Positions 28,789 through 39,282 of a stretch of 64,000 nucleotides of DNA are shown here, piece by piece (the first letter of the stretch is position 1; the number at the start of each line of letters is the position of its first letter). Source of the DNA: Acidobacteriota bacterium (lineage in GTDB: Bacteria > Acidobacteriota > UBA6911 > RPQK01 > JAJDTT01). The notes beneath the pieces were generated by a model. It was not told the DNA's origin. It searched no databases and worked only from the letters and a program-made list of their open reading frames with translations. The position numbers and the translations under genes are program-made. The stretch is taken from NCBI GenBank assembly GCA_965217775.1, contig CBDCJH010000002.1, positions 672,001 to 736,000 on the forward strand, in the 5' to 3' direction.

Positions 28789-30813
28789 TTATTTCAAGAG
28801 CTGGATTTCGGCCAATTCGGAGCCTACCAGCCATTCTTCCCGGCCTTCCGCCGTCGCCAGTACGAGACGCCATGGATCCTCCTCTCGCCAGCTTCCTTTC
28901 ACGTTCCGGACCGGCGGCTCCTGACTCTCATTGCCAAGGGAGAATACGGAAACAAAGACCGATCGAGTGGCCCGCCGGTGCCGGATGACGGTGGAGAGCC
29001 GCCGGCTGGCCGGGTTGGAGGGGGAATCGCCCACCAGCAGACATCCAAAGGGACCGGCCAGGTGCAAGTCCAGCCAGCCGTCGGAATGACGCCAGCGCAA
29101 TCGGGTATCCGGGGACTCCGGAGTTTCCCCGTCCAGCCGGACGTGACGGAGCCCGCCTCCTCCGGAAAGCGGTTCGGCGGGACGCAGCACTGAATCTCCG
29201 AGCACCCGTTCGCCTTGAACGTGGCAGACCCAGTAGAGGTCCCGTTCCGAAGGGCAGAGGACCTCGAAGAGGTCGGCGAAATGGGTATCCCGCCAGAGGA
29301 TGATGCGCCGCATCCGGACCCCGGCGTAGGCGCCCTCCTCCCAGGAGGCGGAAGCGTCGACCAGCGTGAATCGTTTTCCGGTGTAGAACCGGTCGAGTCG
29401 TCCTTGGGTCGGAGGCTGCGGCTCGCCGTCCACCAGGACCGTGGCGTGGCTGGCGGTCTGCTGGTACCAGGTGTGGTTGAGATCGATGCCGTACCCGGGC
29501 GTCCCCAGGTCCGGAATGAGAGACGATCCGGAGCTGGCGAGCTGGATCCGCAACTGGTCCCGGTGCCCGTGGACGCCTCCGTGGTGACCCGCCTTCAGGA
29601 GCAGGCAGTGGTGACGTTCGTGGGACCCGCCTCCGCGAAGGACGGCGAGCCCGGCCTCCGGGAGCGGGTGGCTGTCCCGGGCAGGAGGATCGCCGTCGGG
29701 AATCACTGGAACTCCGTCCAGGAGGGATTCGAAGCAGGAGCGGGGGCGGGACCGGTAATTCTGGCGGAGGATCCAGGCGAACGCCGTGTCCCGGAACCAA
29801 GCGTAGGCGGTCTCGTAAAAGCCGTCGGCGTCGGGGATTCCATGGCCTACTTTTGCTTCGAGTCCGATGAAGTGCCAGCAGTCGTTGACGGAAGGCAGCT
29901 TCAGATCGGGAAGGGAGACCAGAATGGGGGCCAGGAACATGCGTCTCAGGACGCCGCCGTCGTCGAAGGACTTGCCCGTGGCTTGGAGGATGCGCAGCGT
30001 CCGGACGATGGCGTCCAGGCTGTAGTAGTGGTAGCTCAGGGAGACTTCCCACCAGAGCCCTTCCTCGGTGACCCCGTGCTCCAACTGGGCTGCCAGACCC
30101 AGATGCCCCTCCAGGGCCTCCTCCAGGAGCTGGTCATCCTCCAGGACCCGGGCCAGCGTGACCAGGGCGGCATTGTTCCAATTGCTGACGTTGTGAATCT
30201 CTCGGCACCGGACCCGGCGGATGTGCCGGGCCGCCGGCCGGAAAAGCCGCCGGACCAGGTTTTCCCGGAGTGCATCCGGCAGCGTCTCCCAGAGCAGGGC
30301 GTACGCCCAACAGAGCCGGACGATCCAGACCGATTCGTCCAGATTCTGCCAGGTGGCGATCCCCGGTTCCTCCTCGTAGACCGTGGGCGCCGGCTTCAGA
30401 TGAAGATACCGCCGGGCGTAGGTCTCCAGGATCCGGGCCGCCTCGGTGGCGTCGGCACGAGCCCGGCCCGTGCCCTTCTCCAGGTGCCATCGAAAGGCGA
30501 ACTTGAGGGCCGCGTCGCTGAGCATGTCGTTGACCGACCAGAGCCAGGCGCTGTCGTAGGGCTCGCCGCTGAAGACGGCGCCGTCCACGGGGCAGACATG
30601 GCGCCGGGGGCTCCGATGGTCGAACCGGAGCTGGGTGGCGTGCTCGGCGCAGAAGAAGTCGTGGTAGTAGCCCGCCTGTTGGTCCGGCACCGGAGGGAGC
30701 GAGTCACGGTAGGCCTCCAACTGATCGTCCAAGGCTTGTCTGGCCGCGGCCAGATTGGGGTGAGACGCTCGAACCCGAAGGTCTCGGCTCCATTCCTGGG
30801 TCAACAGGGTCAC
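28789..30813 (-). CDS. heparinase II/III family / oligo-alginate-lyase-like polysaccharide lyase
   Basis: HNVSNW, WWEVSLSYHYY, HGHRD, DLGTPGY, SHATVLVDG; no signal peptide. Confidence 0.85.
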   Translation of the reverse strand: MTLLTQEWSRDLRVRASHPNLAAARQALDDQLEAYRDSLPPVPDQQAGYYHDFFCAEHATQLRFDHRSPRRHVCPVDGAVFSGEPYDSAWLWSVNDMLSDAALKFAFRWHLEKGTGRARADATEAARILETYARRYLHLKPAPTVYEEEPGIATWQNLDESVWIVRLCWAYALLWETLPDALRENLVRRLFRPAARHIRRVRCREIHNVSNWNNAALVTLARVLEDDQLLEEALEGHLGLAAQLEHGVTEEGLWWEVSLSYHYYSLDAIVRTLRILQATGKSFDDGGVLRRMFLAPILVSLPDLKLPSVNDCWHFIGLEAKVGHGIPDADGFYETAYAWFRDTAFAWILRQNYRSRPRSCFESLLDGVPVIPDGDPPARDSHPLPEAGLAVLRGGGSHERHHCLLLKAGHHGGVHGHRDQLRIQLASSGSSLIPDLGTPGYGIDLNHTWYQQTASHATVLVDGEPQPPTQGRLDRFYTGKRFTLVDASASWEEGAYAGVRMRRIILWRDTHFADLFEVLCPSERDLYWVCHVQGERVLGDSVLRPAEPLSGGGGLRHVRLDGETPESPDTRLRWRHSDGWLDLHLAGPFGCLLVGDSPSNPASRRLSTVIRHRRATRSVFVSVFSLGNESQEPPVRNVKGSWREEDPWRLVLATAEGREEWLVGSELAEIQLLK

Positions 30814-31877
30814 GCGCGATACGCCTCCAGGGTCAGCTCCGCGATCCGGTCCCAGTCGAATCGCCGAACGCTCTCCAGAGCGGCGGCCGATGTGGTTTGG
30901 CGGTCCCAGCCTCGAATTTCCTCCATAGCTTTCAGGATTGGATCCTCCTGTTCCGGATCATAAAGCAGACCGGCCCCCGGAGAAACGACGGTCGGAAGGC
31001 AGCCCAGCGCCGGAGCGATGACGGGGCGGGCCCGCGACAGGGCCAGGATGACGCTTCCCGAGGTCATGGTGGCCCGGAAGGGGAGCACTGCCACGTCGCT
31101 GGCCTCCAGGAACAGCAGGAGATCCCGGTTCGTCGCCTGCATGTCTCCGTCCACGATCCGGGAGACGATTCGGGGTCGCCCCGCGATTCGGCGCCGGACC
31201 CGCTCCGGATAACCGCCGGGTCCGCCTCCGGCCAGCAGCAGCCAGGAGTCCTGCGTCGAGAGCCGCTCGAACGCGGAGATCAGCTCCTCGATCCCCTTGT
31301 AGGGCAGGATGCCGCCGATGAAGCCGTACGCGAAGGCGTCTTTCGGGATCTCCAACTCGCGCCGGGCCCCGCTACGCGTGAAGTCCGTCCGGTAGACGTC
31401 GATGAAATGCCCGTGAGGGATGATGAAGACCCGCCGAGTGCGTCCGAAGCGTTCCTTCAACCCTTGGGCGTTGAACGGGCAGTGGGCGATGACGGCGTCG
31501 GCCAGACGGCAGATCTCGAGGCGGAACTCGTGGTCGATGGAACGATGAAGCCGGTTGTGGGGATAGATGTTGTGGGCGGTCCAGACGATCTTGTAGCCCA
31601 GCTCGCGGGCCAGCTCCAACGAGGCCGCCATCTCCCGCATCCGTTCCTCCATGATCCGGCGTTCCGGGTGGAAGTAGTCATGGTGGGGCCAATGGAAATG
31701 AAGCGCCTGGATCCGGCCGCTGTTCCGGCGCAGGTATTCGGGGCTGTAGTCTCGAGTGTACTCCACGTGAACACCGTGGCGCTCCAGGGCCTCGGTGAGC
31801 AGGGCGCCGTAGGGATTGCTCCCTTCATGATCGGGAGGAAGGGGACGGTCCTGATGGTAGTAGAACGCGATACGCAC
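30810..31877 (-). CDS. glycosyltransferase family 4
   Basis: NPY, HFHW, WTAHN..PH, IPHG, GILPYKG, SDVAVLPF, TSGSVILA; GTG start inferred; overlaps the lyase start. Confidence 0.88.
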   Translation of the reverse strand: MRIAFYYHQDRPLPPDHEGSNPYGALLTEALERHGVHVEYTRDYSPEYLRRNSGRIQALHFHWPHHDYFHPERRIMEERMREMAASLELARELGYKIVWTAHNIYPHNRLHRSIDHEFRLEICRLADAVIAHCPFNAQGLKERFGRTRRVFIIPHGHFIDVYRTDFTRSGARRELEIPKDAFAYGFIGGILPYKGIEELISAFERLSTQDSWLLLAGGGPGGYPERVRRRIAGRPRIVSRIVDGDMQATNRDLLLFLEASDVAVLPFRATMTSGSVILALSRARPVIAPALGCLPTVVSPGAGLLYDPEQEDPILKAMEEIRGWDRQTTSAAALESVRRFDWDRIAELTLEAYRA

Positions 31878-31906
31878 GTCCGGGGAGCGCTCCTGGTCCG
31901 GGGATG

Positions 31907-32845
31907 TCAGCCGAAGGTGGTCGGATCCGAGATCCGGTCCAGCCGGTCCCGCAGTTCCGGGCTCAGGCCCGCGGCCAGGCTGTCGAAGGCCTGGTCGATA
32001 TGGCCGGGCCGCCTGCCGCCGATCAGGACTGAAGTGATCTGAGGGTGGAACAGCGCCCAGGCCAGGCACAGATCCACCATGGACCGCCCCTCTTCCCGGG
32101 ACACGACTCTCAGGCGCTCCACCAGCGAAAAGGCGCGCGGGTGGAAGTAGTCGTCCATCCAGTCATTGGCCAGATCGAAACGGGTTCCCGGCGGTAGCGG
32201 CCCCTGAGGCGAGTATTTGCCGGTCAGAAAACCGCCGCCCAGGGGGCTGTAGGAGAGGATGCCCAGGCCCTGGTCCCGGCAGAGCGGCCCCATCTCCGCT
32301 TCCATCGACCGGTCCGAAAGGTTGTACTGGGGCTGGATGGACTCGAATCGGGCCCAGCCGTTGGTGTCCTGGGTCCAGAGCGCCTTGCACAACTGCCAGG
32401 CGGCCGAGTTGCTGAGTCCCAGGTACCGCACCTTGCCCTGCTCCACCGCTCGTGAAAAGGCCTCCAGGATCTCCTCCACCGGGTCCCCTTCCAGGGGCCA
32501 GTGATGAAGCTGGAAGAGGTCGATGACGTCGGTCTGCAGCGTCCGGAGGCTCTGCTCGATCTTCTGCGTCACCTTCGGTCCGTCCAGCGGTCCGGTGAAG
32601 CCGCACTTGGTGGCCAGGACGATCTGCTGCCGCGTGCCTCGCTCCCGGAGCCACCCGCCGATCATCCGCTCCGACTCCCGCTTGCTGTAGGACTCGGCGG
32701 TGTCGATGAGGGTGATCCCCCGTTCCAGGGCCCGGTCCAGCAGTGTCCAAGCCGTGGACTGATCGATCTCGCGGCCGAAGGTGGCGCCGCCAAAGCCGAT
32801 GGAGCTCACCGTCAGATCAGTCTTTCCAAGGCGTCGGTATTCCAT
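31907..32845 (-). CDS. aldo/keto reductase
   Basis: MEYRRLG, DTAESY, LATK, IDLFQLH, GKVRYLGLSN, YSPLGGG. Confidence 0.95.
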   Translation of the reverse strand: MEYRRLGKTDLTVSSIGFGGATFGREIDQSTAWTLLDRALERGITLIDTAESYSKRESERMIGGWLRERGTRQQIVLATKCGFTGPLDGPKVTQKIEQSLRTLQTDVIDLFQLHHWPLEGDPVEEILEAFSRAVEQGKVRYLGLSNSAAWQLCKALWTQDTNGWARFESIQPQYNLSDRSMEAEMGPLCRDQGLGILSYSPLGGGFLTGKYSPQGPLPPGTRFDLANDWMDDYFHPRAFSLVERLRVVSREEGRSMVDLCLAWALFHPQITSVLIGGRRPGHIDQAFDSLAAGLSPELRDRLDRISDPTTFG

Positions 32846-32879
32846 CGATTTCAGCTTCCGGGAGCGGTCGGCTCCGTCC

Positions 32880-34490
32880 TCACGAGGTCAACCAGGTCTT
32901 CTCGTGGCGGGTCTTCCAGGTCAGCCCGGCCAGACGGTCCTGGTTCCGGTTGGGGAAGATCAGGCTCAGGATCCAGGCCGTGCCGAAGCTGGCAACGAAG
33001 GAGGTGGGCATGATCCAGGTGAACCCCATCCCTTTCTCGATCAGCCGCGGGCCGAAGCTGTCTCCCAGCAGTGATACCAGCGTTTGCTGGGCCGAGGGGC
33101 CGAGAGACTGGAGCAGGGGCTGGGAATAGGCAACGGCGAGGGACGTCAGGAAGCCGATAATGGCCGCGGGCCAGACGGTTCGACGGCCGGCGCGGGGAAG
33201 AAACATTCCGGCCAGAAAGAGCCCGCCCATGGGTCCGACCAGGGCGTTGAAGGTCTTGGGCAGGATGGTGAGGATGTCGTCGGAGCCGGTGAAGTTTTCC
33301 AGGGAGAGAGCTCCCATCATCACCGCCAATCCCACCACCAGGGTGATGATGCGGGCCTGGCGGACCTCGTCCACGGGTTTTTTCTTCTTACGCAGGCGTC
33401 CGAAATCCACGGTGGCCACGGTGGCGAAGGAGTTCACCCCCGAATCGATGGTGGACATGGCGGCCGCCAGCAGGGCGGCGAAGATGGCGCCGGCGAGGCC
33501 GGCCGGGACTCGGGAGGCCACGAAGAACGGAAAGATGCTGTCCCGGTCCTTGCCGCTGGCCAGGTCGATGTGACCGGGAAGGGGCTCGGGTCCCTGGGTG
33601 AAGTAGTAGACCAGGCTGGCGCCCACGATGGTGAGGACCAGGATGATGATGATTCCGGTGACCGCTCCGGTGACCATGCTCCGTTTGCTGGCCGCGACAC
33701 TCACGGTGCTGAAGTAGCGCTGCATGGTCATCTGGTTGGCGCAGTGGGCGACGACAATCCAGAGCGCGTCGGTCAGGGTGAAGGTGACCACCGTCGCCGG
33801 CAGGGTCGGGTCGGGGGAGAAGAAGGTGAAGCTCTCGTTGTCCCGGGCGTTGACCACCTCCATCCAGTCCCAGAGGTTGGTGCCGGTGGCCCAGGCCACG
33901 TAGCCGATGGTGAAGAACCCGCCCCCCAGGAGCAGCGCCACCTGGATCACGTCGGTCCAGACCACGGCCCGGATTCCGCCCATCATGGTGTAGACCGTGG
34001 CCACGACGCCCACGGTGAGGATGATGATGATCAGGGGAATTCCGGTGGCCACGGCCAGGGCCCGGGAAGAGACCAGGACGATCACCATCATCAGCACCGA
34101 CACGAACACCAGGAACATGGAGGCGCCCAGGAGCCTCGCCGAGAGGCCGTAGCGGTGTTCCAGGTACTCGTAAGCGGTGGTGAAGCGGAAGCGGACGAAG
34201 AAGGGAATGGTCAGCAGCAGGATGAAGGCCACGTGGATGGGAAAACCGAGGAACGTGCTCAGCAGGTTTCCGAAGCCGAATCGCCAGACCACGCCCGGAT
34301 AGGCCAGGAAGCTGATGCTGGAGAGCAGGGAGGCGATGATGCTTATGCCCACGGCGAACCAGGGAAGCTGCCGCCCGCCCAGGAAGTATTCCTCACCGGT
34401 CTTTTGGCCCCGGGAGAGGCGCCAACCCAGAAACATCATGGCTCCCAGGTAGCCCACCAGGACCACGTGGTCGGCGAAGTGCAGTTGCAT
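32880..34490 (-). CDS. sodium:solute symporter (SSS family)
   Basis: YFLGGR, TAYEYLE.RY, GGIRAVVWTDVIQ, QRY, AAAMSTIDS. Confidence 0.94.
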   Translation of the reverse strand: MQLHFADHVVLVGYLGAMMFLGWRLSRGQKTGEEYFLGGRQLPWFAVGISIIASLLSSISFLAYPGVVWRFGFGNLLSTFLGFPIHVAFILLLTIPFFVRFRFTTAYEYLEHRYGLSARLLGASMFLVFVSVLMMVIVLVSSRALAVATGIPLIIIILTVGVVATVYTMMGGIRAVVWTDVIQVALLLGGGFFTIGYVAWATGTNLWDWMEVVNARDNESFTFFSPDPTLPATVVTFTLTDALWIVVAHCANQMTMQRYFSTVSVAASKRSMVTGAVTGIIIILVLTIVGASLVYYFTQGPEPLPGHIDLASGKDRDSIFPFFVASRVPAGLAGAIFAALLAAAMSTIDSGVNSFATVATVDFGRLRKKKKPVDEVRQARIITLVVGLAVMMGALSLENFTGSDDILTILPKTFNALVGPMGGLFLAGMFLPRAGRRTVWPAAIIGFLTSLAVAYSQPLLQSLGPSAQQTLVSLLGDSFGPRLIEKGMGFTWIMPTSFVASFGTAWILSLIFPNRNQDRLAGLTWKTRHEKTWLTS

Positions 34491-34566
34491 GTCGATCGTC
34501 TCCGTATCCGTCCGGAAGAAAAGCAGTGGAGATCGTATTCGTTCGGGATTGGAGGCGCAAGAGCGT

Positions 34567-34763
34567 TAGGAGGGGGAACTGCCAGTCCCCCATTGGAGGG
34601 GCGACTTTCTTGTCGCCCACTGGGAGCCGGCGGCTTTCTTGCCGCCTGCTCTTCTTGCCGGAAAGCGTAGAGTGGGGACTCCGTCCCCCCTACCCCCCTG
34701 TTCGGCGACAAGAAAGTCGCCGCTCCACCCCCCTTGTTCGGCGACAAGAAAGTCGCCGCTCCA
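34567..34763. repeat. cluster of six REP-like palindromes (BIME-like), including a 36-bp tandem duplication
   Basis: Three units in one orientation (34567, 34595, 34622) and three in the other (34671, 34701, 34737); core GGCGACTTTCTTGTCGCC. Confidence 0.8.
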
Positions 34764-34772
34764 TGTCGCCGC

Positions 34773-35045
34773 CTACAGGAGCACGACCGACTGCTGGCTG
34801 GGGATTTCGAAGCGCCGGCGGCACCTGGGGTTGGTGCAGAACAGGTATTCGTCTTCCCGGACCATGTAGGACCGGAGGTTGGCGAATCGGCGCCGGTCCG
34901 CCGGGTTGGCTCGATAGGGCAACCGGCCCTTCTTTTCCCGCACCAGCCACCGGACCTGGAAGTCACCCAGTTCCCGGCAGTAGGGACAGGTAACTCGAGC
35001 CCTCTTGGTCTCACGCCGTTCCCGGTAGAAGTCTCTCTCGCGCAT
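34773..35045 (-). CDS. small basic putative zinc-ribbon protein
   Basis: 90 aa with CPYC...CTNPRC; starts 3 bp after the aminotransferase stop. Confidence 0.75.
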   Translation of the reverse strand: MRERDFYRERRETKRARVTCPYCRELGDFQVRWLVREKKGRLPYRANPADRRRFANLRSYMVREDEYLFCTNPRCRRRFEIPSQQSVVLL

Positions 35046-35048
35046 GCC

Positions 35049-36392
35049 TCATTCCCTCTCGATCTGGTGCCGCACTGCCGTGAGCGACTCGTCCAACATC
35101 TCCACCATCTCGTCGATCTCCGCCCGCGTGATGACCAGGGGAGGAAAGATGCGGACGCTGTCCCCCGGGCTCCCGTCGCCGGGACCTCCCGTCGCTGAGA
35201 TCGATAGTCCCCGGCGAATCAGGTGCCGGTGCACACGCTCATTGACCTTCAGAGTGGGGGGGAAGTAGGTGTAAGGCTTGCGGGAGCTCACCAGTTCGAA
35301 CCCCACCAGCATTCCCAGGCCCCGGACGTCGCCCACCATGGGATGGCTGCGCAGGGTCCGGATCCGCTCCAGCAGGTATTCCCCCATGGCGGCCGATCTC
35401 TTCACGACGTTCTCCTCTTCCATCAGGTCCAGGACGGTGAGCCCGACCCGGGCGGCGAGAGGATTGTTCACATAGGTGAAGACATGGGGGAGGGGATCCT
35501 TCTTGTCTTCCAGTACCTGCCGGATCTCGTCGGTGAACAGGGCTCCTCCCATGGGGAGATAGCCGCTGCTGACGCCTTTGCCGAAGGCCACGATGTCGGG
35601 AACCGCGTCCCAGTGCCGGACGGCGAAGAATCGTCCGGTGCGGCCAAACCCGGTCACCACCTCGTCGGCGATCCAGAGCACGCCGTGGCGGTCGCAGATC
35701 TCGCGAATCCGGGGGAAGTAGTCGGCCGGTGGGATGCCCGGGGCGCCGCCGGCCATGGAGACCGGTTCGGCCACGAAGGCGGCCACGTTCTCCGGTCCGG
35801 CCCGGACGATGGCCCGTTCCAGCTCGTTCGCACAGGCCAGGGTGCAGTTTTCGCCGCAGCCGTCGAAGAGGCACGCCCGCGGCAGGCAGGGGTCGATGTG
35901 CTCGAACCCGGCAAGCCAGGGACTGAAGGCATGCCGGGTTCCGGATCCGGTGGTCGAGAGCGCGCCCAGCGTGGCTCCGTGATAGCTGCTCCAGCGGGCG
36001 ATGACCTGATGCTTCTGGCCCTGGCCCCGCCGCAGGTGGTAGAGCCGGGCCAGTTTCAGCGCGGTCTCGACTCCTTCCGAGCCGCCGGAGACGAAGTAGA
36101 CGTGGTTCAATCGGCCCGGAGCCTTTTCTGCCAGCCGGCCGGCCAGCTCGCCGGCCACCGGATTGGTGAAATGGGAGGTGAATACGAAAGCCAGAGTCTC
36201 GGCCTGACGCGCCATGATCCGGGCGATCCGGCCGCGCCCGTGGCCCAGAATGACGTTTCCGGCTCCGGCGGTCCCGTCGATGTAACGCTTGCCGGTGCCG
36301 TCATAGACGTAGATTCCCTTGCCTCTCTCCGCCACCGGATAGTCGTAGGCAGGGTCCTGAAGCAACAGGGAACCTGAAACCGGCTGGCTCAT
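35049..36392 (-). CDS. class III aminotransferase (PLP)
   Basis: SGGSEGVE, SYHGAT, IADEVVTGFGRTG, FGKGVSSGY. Confidence 0.94.
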   Translation of the reverse strand: MSQPVSGSLLLQDPAYDYPVAERGKGIYVYDGTGKRYIDGTAGAGNVILGHGRGRIARIMARQAETLAFVFTSHFTNPVAGELAGRLAEKAPGRLNHVYFVSGGSEGVETALKLARLYHLRRGQGQKHQVIARWSSYHGATLGALSTTGSGTRHAFSPWLAGFEHIDPCLPRACLFDGCGENCTLACANELERAIVRAGPENVAAFVAEPVSMAGGAPGIPPADYFPRIREICDRHGVLWIADEVVTGFGRTGRFFAVRHWDAVPDIVAFGKGVSSGYLPMGGALFTDEIRQVLEDKKDPLPHVFTYVNNPLAARVGLTVLDLMEEENVVKRSAAMGEYLLERIRTLRSHPMVGDVRGLGMLVGFELVSSRKPYTYFPPTLKVNERVHRHLIRRGLSISATGGPGDGSPGDSVRIFPPLVITRAEIDEMVEMLDESLTAVRHQIERE

Positions 36393-36497
36393 GGTCGTCC
36401 TCCTCGACCGCCATCCTACCAGTTGGATCACCCGTCTACGAATCTGAAGTCGTCCCCGGCTTGGCGACTTCTCGCTGGGATTGATAGAGTCTCAATC

Positions 36498-38045
36498 ATG
36501 TTCAAGAAGGTCTGTTTGCTGGTCTGGCTGGGTCTGTGGTCGGGAAATGCCGTCGGGGGCGGAGCGGAGCAATCCAAGCCCGTCGACATCGGGTCACGGC
36601 TTGAACTTTTCGTGGACGACTTCCTCATCGAGCGGATGTCGGGCGTGGAATTGAAGCTCCAGCGGCCCCGCTCAGCGGGAAAAGTCCTCATCTTCGACCG
36701 GCCCTGGGAAGGGAATACCAGCTTCTACGTCAGCGTCGTCAAGGATGACGACCGGCTGCGCATGTACTTCCGGGGGAGCAACAACTCCGGATACATGGAC
36801 CCGGGATTGCTGAAGCCCGGAGAAAAACAGGTCGAGGACCATCCCAATACCATTGGCTACGCCGAGAGCCGCGACGGCATCGTCTGGGAGCGTCCCTCGC
36901 TGGGGCTCTACGAGTTTCAGGGATCGCGTGAAAATTCCATCGTCTGGCTGGACAAGCCGGGAGACCAGACGGTCACCGACTGCATGAGTGTCTTCAAGGA
37001 CGGCAATCCGGCGGCTCCCGACTCCCAGCGCTACAAGGCGTTGGGGGGAAGCAGTTATCCGTTGATCGCGCTGGTCTCTCCCGACGGGCTTCACTGGACC
37101 GAGTTGCAGGGCCAGAAGTCGCTGATCCGGAAGGGGCTCCACCGGAACGCCTTCGACGCCCTCAACGTGGCCTTCTGGGACACGTACCGGAAACGTTACA
37201 GCATCTTCTTCCGCGATTCGGACCGCGGGATCAGCCCTCACTCGCTCCCGTTCGACGCCACGGCCGGGCCTCCGTACAACTACGGCAACCGCAGCTTCAA
37301 GTTCGCCACGTCGAAGGACTTCGTCAACTGGGACATGCCCCAGTGGGTCGATTTCGGAGGAGCCGCCACCGAGCACCTCTACACCAACGGAACGACGCCC
37401 TATTACCGGGCGCCCCACATCTACATGGCGTTTCCCAAGCGCTTCCAGCCCTGGCGGAAGCGGTTCGCCTCGACCCCCTATCCCGGCGCCTCCGAGGCCG
37501 TCTTCCTGACCAGCCGCGACGGTCTGCACTGGGACCGGCGCTTCATGGAGGCCTTCGTCCGTCCCGGCCGGGACCAGCGCAACTGGACGCACCGGAACAA
37601 TCTGGTCGGGGTCGGAGTGCACCCCACGGCTCCCGATGAGATCTCCCTCTACGTGGTTCGCAACTACAATCTGCCGAGCTGCCATGTGGAACGGATGGTC
37701 CTGAGGACCGACGGATTCGTGTCCGTCCACGCCGGGTATCCCGGAGGCGAGCTGGTGACCAAGCCCATCGTGTTCCAAGGGGAGAACCTGTTCCTCAACT
37801 ACGCCACCTCGGCGGCGGGAAGCATCCGCCTGGAAATTCAGGACCTGGCGGGGAATCCGCTGGCCGGTTTCGCCCTGGAGGAGTCTCCCCTGATCTGGGG
37901 CGACGAGATCGAGGAGAAGGTGAGGTGGGTGCGGACCCACGCCAAGGGCACGTCGGACCGCCCCCTGCGCCGGATCGCCGGAAGCCCGGTGCGGCTCCGT
38001 TTCGTGATGAAGGACGCGGACCTCTACTCCATACGCTTCAAGTGA
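36498..38045 (+). CDS. secreted beta-propeller glycoside-hydrolase-like protein
   Basis: Signal peptide, ELFVDD, repeated SRDG.W boxes, LRTDGFVS. Confidence 0.7.
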   Translation: MFKKVCLLVWLGLWSGNAVGGGAEQSKPVDIGSRLELFVDDFLIERMSGVELKLQRPRSAGKVLIFDRPWEGNTSFYVSVVKDDDRLRMYFRGSNNSGYMDPGLLKPGEKQVEDHPNTIGYAESRDGIVWERPSLGLYEFQGSRENSIVWLDKPGDQTVTDCMSVFKDGNPAAPDSQRYKALGGSSYPLIALVSPDGLHWTELQGQKSLIRKGLHRNAFDALNVAFWDTYRKRYSIFFRDSDRGISPHSLPFDATAGPPYNYGNRSFKFATSKDFVNWDMPQWVDFGGAATEHLYTNGTTPYYRAPHIYMAFPKRFQPWRKRFASTPYPGASEAVFLTSRDGLHWDRRFMEAFVRPGRDQRNWTHRNNLVGVGVHPTAPDEISLYVVRNYNLPSCHVERMVLRTDGFVSVHAGYPGGELVTKPIVFQGENLFLNYATSAAGSIRLEIQDLAGNPLAGFALEESPLIWGDEIEEKVRWVRTHAKGTSDRPLRRIAGSPVRLRFVMKDADLYSIRFK

Positions 38046-38106
38046 TCCGGCTTCAGTTCCAACCGCATTGACCGCCGGCAGTGCCGGAAGACTTCGGGGC
38101 TCAGGC

Positions 38107-39279
38107 TCAACGGACTCCCAGCAGCAGGTCCACGGTGAGTTGGTCCAGGCGTTCGTGGCGCAGTTTTCGCTGTGCCAGTTGGTGGCGGTCCAGCGGGGCG
38201 CCCAAGATGGTCCGGGCGGTCTCGGGCGTGTAGCTCTGCATGGTTGTGGCGGAGACCAGGGAATCATTCTTTCGCAGGTCCGCCAGGATTTCCTGGATCT
38301 CCTGATCCTCAGCGAACCGTCGCGCCTTCTCCTTGAGGATCAGGTAGGTGCGCATGCAGCCGGCGGCAAAGTCCCGGACCCCCTCTTCGTCCTCTGTCCG
38401 GTAGGCGTGGGCATCGAAATGCCGCGGCCCTGAATATCCCACCTCCTCCAGGAACTTGACCAGGAAGAAGGCCGCCTTCAGGCCCTCCGATCCGAACCGG
38501 AGATCCTGGTCGAAGCGATTCGGCTTCTGGTCGTTGAGGTCGATGTGGAACAACTTGCCGGCTTCCCAGGCCTGGGCCACGGCGTGGTAGAAGTTCAGTC
38601 CGGCCATGTGCTCGTGGGCCAGCTCCGGATTCACGCCCACCATGTCCGGATCGTCCAGCGTGTAGGTGAACGCCAGCATGGCGCCGGTGGTGGCAAAGTA
38701 GATGTCTCCCCTGGGCTCGTTGGGTTTGGCCTCCAGGGCGAACTTGAGGTCGTAGCCGTTGTCCTTGACGTAACCGATGAGGAAATTGAGGCACTCCCGC
38801 ATGCGCTTGATGGCTTCCGAAGCGTCCTTGGCGGCGTCCACCTCGGCCCCCTCCCGGCCTCCCCAGAAGACGTAGATCCGGGCTCCCAGTTCCACCCCCA
38901 GGTCGATGGCCCGCATCGTCTTCTGGAGCGCATAGGCACGCACGTCCGCGTCATGGGACGTGAAGGCCCCGTCCTTGAAGACCGGTTCGCTGAAGAGGTT
39001 GGTGGTGGCCATGGGGACGCAGACGTTGTAGTCGGCGAGGGCCTGCCTGAAGTCCTTCAGAATCCGGGCTCGCTCCCGGGGTGTGGCGTCGATGGGGATC
39101 AGGTCGTTGTCGTGGAAGTTGACGCCGTAGGCTCCCTCTTCCCCCAGCAGCCGAACCAGCCGGTGCGGAGGAATGGACGACCGGGTCGCGGCGCCGAAGG
39201 GATCGCGGCCCGGATTGCCCACCGTCCAGAGTCCGAAGCTGAACTTGTCCTCCGGGGTCGGTCGATAGTCGCCGTTCAT
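38107..39279 (-). CDS. xylA: xylose isomerase (short class I type)
   Basis: [46 protein letters not shown]; 390 aa. Confidence 0.96.
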   Translation of the reverse strand: MNGDYRPTPEDKFSFGLWTVGNPGRDPFGAATRSSIPPHRLVRLLGEEGAYGVNFHDNDLIPIDATPRERARILKDFRQALADYNVCVPMATTNLFSEPVFKDGAFTSHDADVRAYALQKTMRAIDLGVELGARIYVFWGGREGAEVDAAKDASEAIKRMRECLNFLIGYVKDNGYDLKFALEAKPNEPRGDIYFATTGAMLAFTYTLDDPDMVGVNPELAHEHMAGLNFYHAVAQAWEAGKLFHIDLNDQKPNRFDQDLRFGSEGLKAAFFLVKFLEEVGYSGPRHFDAHAYRTEDEEGVRDFAAGCMRTYLILKEKARRFAEDQEIQEILADLRKNDSLVSATTMQSYTPETARTILGAPLDRHQLAQRKLRHERLDQLTVDLLLGVR

Positions 39280-39282
39280 GGA

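Noticed and set aside
28624-28790. AT-rich tract as oriC
   Set aside because: No DnaA boxes (TTATCCACA-like) seen nearby and no replication genes in the vicinity.
29215-30963. Long antisense ORFs (this one, and others such as 13635-15143, 33084-34670, 36672-38267, 46393-48057)
   Set aside because: They are typical stop-poor shadows of real genes in high-GC DNA, with no protein motifs.
34693-34763. 36-bp tandem repeat as a CRISPR array
   Set aside because: Only two adjacent units with no spacer and no cas genes; the units belong to the dispersed REP-like family.
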